Shown here: positions 18,662-24,000 of the stretch, piece after piece
How the letters are laid out: every line of letters begins with the position of its first letter
Position numbering within the stretch: the stretch's first letter is position 1
Source: an uncultured Actinomycetota bacterium
GTDB taxonomy: Bacteria > Actinomycetota > Actinomycetes > Mycobacteriales > Nakamurellaceae
Reading direction: 5' to 3'
Assembly: GCA_963709895.1 (NCBI GenBank)
Contig: CAVPYD010000014.1
Coordinates: 77,693-101,692, forward strand
Length of the DNA stretch: 24,000 nucleotides
Made by a program: the position numbers and the translations under genes
The notes under the pieces: model-generated
The model's input: only the letters and a program-made list of their open reading frames with translations
Databases searched by the model: none
What the model was told of the DNA's origin: nothing

Positions 18662-20362
18662 GTGTCGGCTATGAGCGCGTTCACCGATGCACTGCGCAAC
18701 GCCGCCGCCTCCGATGCGGGGATGGTCACGGGCGAGCCGCACGATCCGATCAGGACCAGTTGGGGGCAGGTGCACGCCGCGGCGATCACCGGCGCCCGCC
18801 GGCTCGCAGAGAACGGGATCGGCCCGGGCGACGCGGTGGCGGTGCTGGCCGCCGGCCCGGCCGAGGTCGCCCCGGTGGCGCAGGCGGTGTGGCTGGCCGG
18901 CGGGTCCGTGACGATGCTGCACCAACCGACCGCGCGCACCAACCTCGCCAGCTACGCGGAGGAAACGGCAGGTGCGCTCACCCTGATCAGCGCCAGGGCG
19001 ATCGTGCTGGGCGACCCGTTCACCGAATTCGTCGACATGCTGGAGGGGTCCGGCATCCTGGCATTCACCGTCGCGGATCTGCTGGCCGACGTGACCGGCG
19101 CGCCCGACGGAGCAGCGCCTGGAGCCGGCATCGGTGACGACATCGACATCGAGATCGGCGAGGACCTGCCGGCCCTGCTGCAGCTCACGTCGGGCTCCAC
19201 GGCCCGGCCGAAGGCAGTCCAGATCACCCACCGGAACCTCTGGGCGAACGTGCAGGCCATGTGTGCCAGCGCCGGCATCCACCCCGGCGAGGTGATGGTT
19301 TCCTGGCTGCCGCTGTTCCACGACATGGGCATGGTCGGGTTCCTCACCCTGCCGATGTGTCAGGGCGTCGAACTGGTCACGGTCACCCCGCGGGATTTCC
19401 TGTCCGCACCGTTGCTGTGGCCGACGTTGATCAGCAAGTACCGCGGAACCATCACTGCCGCACCGAATTTCGCGTACGCGCTGACCGCCCGGGTGCTGGC
19501 AAGGGCGGACGGGCTCGACCTGACCAGCATGCGGTTCGCGCTCAACGGCGCCGAGCCGATCGACGTCGGTGCGGTGCGCGCGTTCCTGGCCGCCGGTGCC
19601 AGGTTCGGGCTGTCCGACAACGCGGTCGTCCCCGCCTACGGGATGGCCGAGGCGACGCTGGCCATCTCCTTCCACCCCTGGGGGACGCCGCTGAAGGTCG
19701 ACACGGTGGACGCGGCGGCCCTGGAGGAGCAGCGTCGCGCGGTACCCGTCGCCGCGGCGTCGGACGCAACGGAGGCGGCCGCCGACAGCGCAGAGACCAG
19801 GACCTTCCCGGTGCTGGGGCCGCCGCTGAACGGGATCGACGTGATCGTCGTGGGTCCGGACGGCGAGAAGCGCGCGGACCGGGAGGTCGGGGTGCTGCAC
19901 CTGCGCGGCGAGTCGATCACCGACCTCTACCTGACGGTGGAGGGCCCGGTACCCACCCGCGACCCGGACGGGTGGCTGGATACCGGCGATCTGGGCTACC
20001 TCGTCGACGGTGAGGTGGTGGTCTGCGGGCGGGTCAAGGACGTGATCATCATGGGCGGCCGGAACATCTACCCGACGGACATCGAGCGGATCGCCGAGCA
20101 GGTGGAGGGCGTGCGGGCCGGCAACGCGGTGGCCGTGCGCTGGCAGACCCCAGGAGGCCGTGAGTCCTTCGCACTCGCGGTGGAATCGCGGCAGGCGGGT
20201 GATGACGCCCAGGCCGCCCGGATCGCGACGGAGATCAGGGCGGCGGTGACCTCGGCGATCGGCGTCCGGCCCGCCGCGGTGACCGTGTTGCCGGTGGGCA
20301 GCCTCCCGAAGACCCCGTCCGGAAAGCTGAGGCGTTCCGCCGCGGGCTCGCTGATCAGCTGA
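18662..20362 (+). CDS. fatty-acyl-AMP/CoA ligase (AMP-binding enzyme, FadD/Pks16-like)
   Basis: ORF 18662..20362, with GTG 18662 or ATG 18671 as start. LQLTSGSTARPKAV (AMP-binding core), YGMAEATL, DTGDLGY, GRVKDVIIMGGRNIYPTDIE, LPKTPSGKLRR. It occupies the position of pks16 (Rv1013) next to pth-rplY, as I recall for M. tuberculosis. Confidence 0.85.
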   Translation: MSAMSAFTDALRNAAASDAGMVTGEPHDPIRTSWGQVHAAAITGARRLAENGIGPGDAVAVLAAGPAEVAPVAQAVWLAGGSVTMLHQPTARTNLASYAEETAGALTLISARAIVLGDPFTEFVDMLEGSGILAFTVADLLADVTGAPDGAAPGAGIGDDIDIEIGEDLPALLQLTSGSTARPKAVQITHRNLWANVQAMCASAGIHPGEVMVSWLPLFHDMGMVGFLTLPMCQGVELVTVTPRDFLSAPLLWPTLISKYRGTITAAPNFAYALTARVLARADGLDLTSMRFALNGAEPIDVGAVRAFLAAGARFGLSDNAVVPAYGMAEATLAISFHPWGTPLKVDTVDAAALEEQRRAVPVAAASDATEAAADSAETRTFPVLGPPLNGIDVIVVGPDGEKRADREVGVLHLRGESITDLYLTVEGPVPTRDPDGWLDTGDLGYLVDGEVVVCGRVKDVIIMGGRNIYPTDIERIAEQVEGVRAGNAVAVRWQTPGGRESFALAVESRQAGDDAQAARIATEIRAAVTSAIGVRPAAVTVLPVGSLPKTPSGKLRRSAAGSLIS

Positions 20363-20581
20363 CCCCGCGTCTCGCCGAACTCTGCCTCCACCCGGGCCCC
20401 GAGGCAAGAACCCCTGCGCCACAACCCACTCAGCGCCGCTTTCGCGAACTCGGCGCCGGAATATGCCGGCGCTCAGTGGCGAATCGTGGCGCCGGGAGGG
20501 CTCGACGAGCGGCATGAGCTCCCAGCTGCCCGGCGGTGGTGCCGGTGCAAGATCCGCAACGACGTACCCCACCGACGAGCG

Positions 20582-21151
20582 TCAATGCAGGGCGTTCTGG
20601 GTGACCAGCAGCCCGGATTCCATCAGCATCGTGGCCGCATCCGCGGCGTGCTCCAGATCGACGGCGAGATCCTTGCGCTCGGCGGCCGAGAAATCCCGCA
20701 GCACGTAATCCGCCGGATCCATCCGGCCGGGCGGCCGGCCGATGCCGAACCGCACCCGCAGGTAATCCTTGGTGCCCAGCGAGGCGGAGATCGACCGCAG
20801 GCCGTTGTGACCGCCCTCGCCGCCGCCGAACTTGACCCGGATGGTCCCGTAGGGCAGGTCCAGTTCGTCGTGCAGCGCGACCACCTGGGCCGGCTCGATC
20901 GAGAAGAAGCGGGTCAGCGCCGCCACCGGTCCGCCCGAAAGGTTCATGTACGAGCGGGGTTTGGCCAGCACGACCCTGGTGCCGGCCAGTCGCCCGTCCA
21001 GCACGTCGGCCCCGGACTTGTGGCTCTTGAAGCCGGAGCCCATTCGCGCAGCGAGTACATCGGCGATCATGGCCCCGACGTTGTGCCGGTTCCCCGAGTA
21101 CGTCTTGCCCGGGTTGCCGAGGCCGACGACAACGAATCGATCGTCGGCCAC
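20582..21151 (-). CDS. pth: aminoacyl-tRNA (peptidyl-tRNA) hydrolase
   Basis: ORF 20582..21178. VVVGLGNPG, NRHNVG, GGGEGGHNGLRS. GTG 21151 gives (M)ADDRFVVVGLGNPG, which matches usual Pth N-termini. GTG 21178 is the longest alternative. Confidence 0.9.
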   Translation of the reverse strand: MADDRFVVVGLGNPGKTYSGNRHNVGAMIADVLAARMGSGFKSHKSGADVLDGRLAGTRVVLAKPRSYMNLSGGPVAALTRFFSIEPAQVVALHDELDLPYGTIRVKFGGGEGGHNGLRSISASLGTKDYLRVRFGIGRPPGRMDPADYVLRDFSAAERKDLAVDLEHAADAATMLMESGLLVTQNALH

Positions 21152-21237
21152 GGCATGTCCCGTCTGTGTGACGCCCACCGGTGAGGACCCCGGTGGCTGG
21201 GTGGCCTCCCCGGCTGCGCTCGGGGGCCACCGTTCGG

Positions 21238-21861
21238 TCAGTCCTCCGGAGTCTGCGGCTGATCCCGCTCGACGCCGGCCTCAGCCTCGGCCTGCTCGGT
21301 CTCGGCCTCGACCTCTTCGGCCGTCGGCGCGTTCTGCACGGAGACCACGAGCGCCTCCGGGTCGGTGACCAGGGTGGCGCCGGCCGGCAGCGCGACGTCG
21401 CCGGCCAGGAACTGCGTTCCCGCTTCGGCGCCCTCGATGTCGACCGTCAGGCTCTCCGGAATGCTCATCGCCTCGACCTCGATGGACAGCGAGTTCGCGT
21501 CAGTGAGCACCAGTGTGCCGGACGCGGCCTCACCGGTGACGACGACCTGGATGTCGACGGTGACCTTCTCGCCGCGGCGGATCACCAGCAGGTCGACGTG
21601 CTCGACGTAGTCGCGCAGCGGGTGCCGGACAACGGACTTCGGCAGCGCGAGCTGGTCGCCGTCGGGGAACTCCAGGGTGAGCACCGTGTTGGCGCCGCCC
21701 TTCATCGCATGGGCGAAGTCCCGGGCCGGCAGGGACAGGTGCCGCGGGTCGAGGCCGTGGCCGTACAGCACGGCGGGGATCTTGCCGGCCCGGCGGGTGC
21801 GACGAGCGCCACCCTTCCCGAACTCGGTGCGGGTTTCGGCGATCAGTCGTACTTCGGCCAC
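21238..21861 (-). CDS. rplY: 50S ribosomal protein L25 / general stress protein Ctc
   Basis: ORF 21238..21942 trimmed to GTG 21861, with AGGAG 6 nt upstream. (M)AEVRLIAETRTEFGKGGARRTRRAGKIPAVLYG... and an acidic C-terminal tail. Confidence 0.9.
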   Translation of the reverse strand: MAEVRLIAETRTEFGKGGARRTRRAGKIPAVLYGHGLDPRHLSLPARDFAHAMKGGANTVLTLEFPDGDQLALPKSVVRHPLRDYVEHVDLLVIRRGEKVTVDIQVVVTGEAASGTLVLTDANSLSIEVEAMSIPESLTVDIEGAEAGTQFLAGDVALPAGATLVTDPEALVVSVQNAPTAEEVEAETEQAEAEAGVERDQPQTPED

Positions 21862-22039
21862 TGCAAACTCCTGACAACGTGAAGAAACGGATGTTCTCTG
21901 GTCTGACTCTCGGGTTCCTACTGCGCGGTGGATCTGCATCACCCCGGTTCACGGCACGGGGGCAGAAACCCACCGCGCCGATTACGGCTGACCAGTTGAC
22001 GGCACGCCAACGGGTCGCCCTCGCCGAGGCAACGGGTCC

Positions 22040-22068
22040 ATAGTACGGGTTGCCCCTGCGCCGCCCAA
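22040..22068 (-). promoter_or_regulatory. predicted promoter for rplY-pth
   Basis: The minus strand reads TTGGGC (22068..22063) - 17 nt - TACTAT (22045..22040). This implies a leader of about 170 nt before rplY. Confidence 0.4.
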
Positions 22069-22181
22069 ACGCTCGCACGGCGCAGCCAGGCCGGGGCCCC
22101 GGTGCTGCCGGCGAGCGACCGCACGAGGCCGGCAACACGGCGCTCACGCCGGGCCCGGCACCAAGCCCCGCGACAGCAGAA

Positions 22182-22216
22182 GGCCGCGTGCCGACCACTG
22201 AGGTCGGCACGCGGCC
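22182..22216 (-). terminator. hairpin 18 nt downstream of the reductase stop
   Basis: GGCCGCGTGCCGACC (22182-22196), loop ACTGA, GGTCGGCACGCGGCC (22202-22216). On the minus-strand RNA it is followed by UUCUGCUGUC. Confidence 0.6.
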
Positions 22217-22233
22217 ACGGTGCTGGGCGTGCC

Positions 22234-22980
22234 CTAGAGCGCGAGGCCGCCGTTGACGTCCAGGACGTGCCCGGTGACGAACGAGGCGTCGTCGGAAACC
22301 AGGTACGCCACGGCGCCGGCGATGTCCTCGGGCTGGCCGACGCGGCCGAGCGGGTTCTGCGCCAGGACCTTCTTGGCTTCGTCCGTCATCGCCGCGGTCA
22401 TCGGGGTCTCGATGAATCCCGGGCGGATGCCGTTGACGGTGGTGCCGAAGCGCCCCAGCTCCAGCGCGCCGGAGCGCACCAGGCCGACCACGCCGGCCTT
22501 CGCGGCGATGTAGTTCATCTGCCCGAGGTTGCCGGCCTTGGCGACCACGGAGGAGATCAGCACCACGCGCCCGGGACCTTCGGTGCGCAGCCACGGCGCG
22601 GAGGCGCGCAGGCCGTTGAAGACGCCGGTCAGGTTGACGGCGATGACCGCGTCCCAGTCGTCATCGGACAGCTTGTGGAACATCCGGTCGCGGGTGATCC
22701 CGGCGTTCCCGATGTAGGTGTCAAGCCCGCCCATGGCGTCGGCGGCGGCGGTGAAGGCCGCTTCGACACCCGGCCGGTCCGTCACGTTGCAGGCGAAACC
22801 GTAGACAGGCGAACCGGTCTGGGCCGAAATCCGTTCGGCGGTCTCCTTGGCGGCCGCCTCGTTGACGTCGAGCACGGTGACGGACAGACCTTCGCTGGCC
22901 AGCCGCTCGGCGATCTTGGCCCCAAGGCCCTGGGCACCGCCGGTCACCACGGCCTTGGACACGCTGAAACGTTCGGACAC
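22234..22980 (-). CDS. SDR-family 3-oxoacyl reductase, acetoacetyl-CoA reductase (PhaB)-like
   Basis: GTG start with AGGGGAG upstream. VVTGGAQGLG (TGxxxGxG), NAGITRDRMFHKLSDDDWDAVIAVNLTGVFN, and YIAAK (YxxxK). The NAGITRD..F.K....DWDAVI..NL block and the adjacency to phaC suggest PhaB rather than FabG. Confidence 0.8.
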   Translation of the reverse strand: MSERFSVSKAVVTGGAQGLGAKIAERLASEGLSVTVLDVNEAAAKETAERISAQTGSPVYGFACNVTDRPGVEAAFTAAADAMGGLDTYIGNAGITRDRMFHKLSDDDWDAVIAVNLTGVFNGLRASAPWLRTEGPGRVVLISSVVAKAGNLGQMNYIAAKAGVVGLVRSGALELGRFGTTVNGIRPGFIETPMTAAMTDEAKKVLAQNPLGRVGQPEDIAGAVAYLVSDDASFVTGHVLDVNGGLAL

Positions 22981-23166
22981 TTGCTCCCCTTAGAACGGAG
23001 GTGGGTGGATTGGGGTTCCGCACGACAGACGCGCTGAGCATCGGTGGGATTGCCGACACTTGACGGGCACGGGTACGGATCGGACAGGTGGAATGGATCG
23101 GTCCGAAGGGTACTGCTGGCGGTGCCGGAGGGCAGGACGTGCCCACCCACCGGGAAACGGATGGAC

Positions 23167-24000
23167 CTATCCGAAGATGTAGGTCCCCGGGGCGTCGCCC
23201 AACACCGGGTACTTCGCGCTGCCCAGCTTGGGCGGGGTGCGCTGGGCGCCCGCGCGCTTCTCGATCCAGTTCGCCCAGTCCTCCCACCAGGTCACCGGGT
23301 GCATCGTCGCCTCGGACAACCACTCGTCGGGATCGGCGGGCAGTTCACCGACGCCGTTCGCGTAATACCGCGACTTCGGGTTGGGCGGGTTGACGATGCC
23401 GGCGATGTGGCCGGAGTTCGACAGCACGAACCGGACCTCCCCGGCGGCGAGCCGAGCACCGGTGTAGCAGCTGCGCCACGGTGCGATGTGGTCCTGCTCC
23501 GCCGTGACGAAGTACAGGTCCTGGTCGACGGTGGACAGGTCGAGCCGCTGCCCGGCGAGCTCCATCCGACCCTGGGCCAGCTGGTTCTCCAGGTAGCAGC
23601 TGCGCAGGTAGAACGAGTGCATGCTGGCCGGCATCCGGGTGGAGTCGGCGTTCCAGGTGAGCAGGTCGAACGGCGGGGGCTCCTGGCCGAGCAGCCAGTT
23701 GCTGACCACGTAGTTCCAGATCAAGTCGTTGCCGCGCATCAGGTTGAACGTGGTGGCCATGTTCTCGGCCGGCAGGAAGCCGGTCTTCTGCATCGACTTT
23801 TCCAGTTTCGCGACCGTGCGCTCGTCGGTGAAGACGCCCATCACGCCCGGCTCGCTGAAGTCGATCAGGGTGTTCAGGAAGGTGGCGTTGTTGATGCGGT
23901 CCTGACCGGTGGCGTCCAGGTAGGCCAGGGTCGCCATGGTCAGCGTCCCGCCCAGACAGAGACCGAGCAGGTTGACCTTCTCCGAACCGGTGATGTCGGT
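23167..24000 (-). CDS. phaC: class I poly(3-hydroxyalkanoate) synthase, 3' part (gene continues past the right edge)
   Basis: ORF 23167..23937 is open in frame to 24000. My translation of 24000..23941 gives TDITGSEKVNLLGLCLGGTL (lipase box G-x-C-x-G-G). Downstream come NADSTRMP and FVLSNSGHIAGIVNPP. Confidence 0.85.
   Translation of the reverse strand, partial: TDITGSEKVNLLGLCLGGTLTMATLAYLDATGQDRINNATFLNTLIDFSEPGVMGVFTDERTVAKLEKSMQKTGFLPAENMATTFNLMRGNDLIWNYVVSNWLLGQEPPPFDLLTWNADSTRMPASMHSFYLRSCYLENQLAQGRMELAGQRLDLSTVDQDLYFVTAEQDHIAPWRSCYTGARLAAGEVRFVLSNSGHIAGIVNPPNPKSRYYANGVGELPADPDEWLSEATMHPVTWWEDWANWIEKRAGAQRTPPKLGSAKYPVLGDAPGTYIFG

Noticed and set aside
17588-20572. 994-aa minus-strand ORF, the longest in the window
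   Set aside because: Only its last ~323 codons (ribokinase) make sense. The rest is Arg/Gly/Pro-rich antisense shadow of the well-supported + strand acyl-AMP ligase (18662-20362). Stops are simply rare in G+C-rich DNA.
21862-22233. A possible tRNA or small RNA gene in the 370-bp rplY-reductase spacer
   Set aside because: No T-arm (GGTTCGAnnCC-like) or cloverleaf could be found. The content is explained by a terminator hairpin, a promoter and a leader.

Overview
High-G+C actinobacterial chromosomal segment made mostly of housekeeping genes. Gene order: alpha/beta hydrolase (partial, -), yqeY-like, gnd, a 1.5-kb cassette carrying one wHTH-DUF559 gene (-), metG, tatD, three tandem RpfB-type genes (TM + DUF348 repeats + G5 + lysozyme-like domain), rsmA/ksgA, ispE, an ABC-F ATPase. 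Then come an alpha/beta hydrolase and ribokinase (-), a divergent fatty-acyl-AMP/CoA ligase (+), and pth, rplY, a PhaB/FabG-type reductase and phaC (partial), all (-). As I recall, metG-tatD-rpfB-ksgA-ispE ... acyl ligase-pth-rplY is the neighbourhood around rpfB in M. tuberculosis; here the rpfB slot holds three paralogues. I saw no rRNA, tRNA or CRISPR array. Four points deserve a second look. (1) The gnd-metG spacer holds a 1,499-bp segment bounded by 81-nt mirror-image ends built from GCGCGGATCAA repeats. It encloses a single wHTH + DUF559 gene and subterminal iteron-like repeats, which is a transposon-like architecture without a recognisable transposase. (2) Each rpfB paralogue has its own promoter plus a conserved ~25-nt block at the predicted 5' end of a long (~180-250 nt) leader, a candidate RNA switch. 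(3) The spacers between the paralogues contain dense arrays of palindromes and direct repeats (four GATGC-N4-GCATC, twin CAACGTTG palindromes on the -35 of the third copy, GTCAC repeats). (4) At least 12 single-base frameshifts cluster between 3.4 and 16 kb, including in essential metG and heavily in the rpf array, and none is detectable elsewhere. This looks like homopolymer indel error, but it needs checking against reads. All functional calls come from reading the translations and from remembered family signatures; no searches were run.
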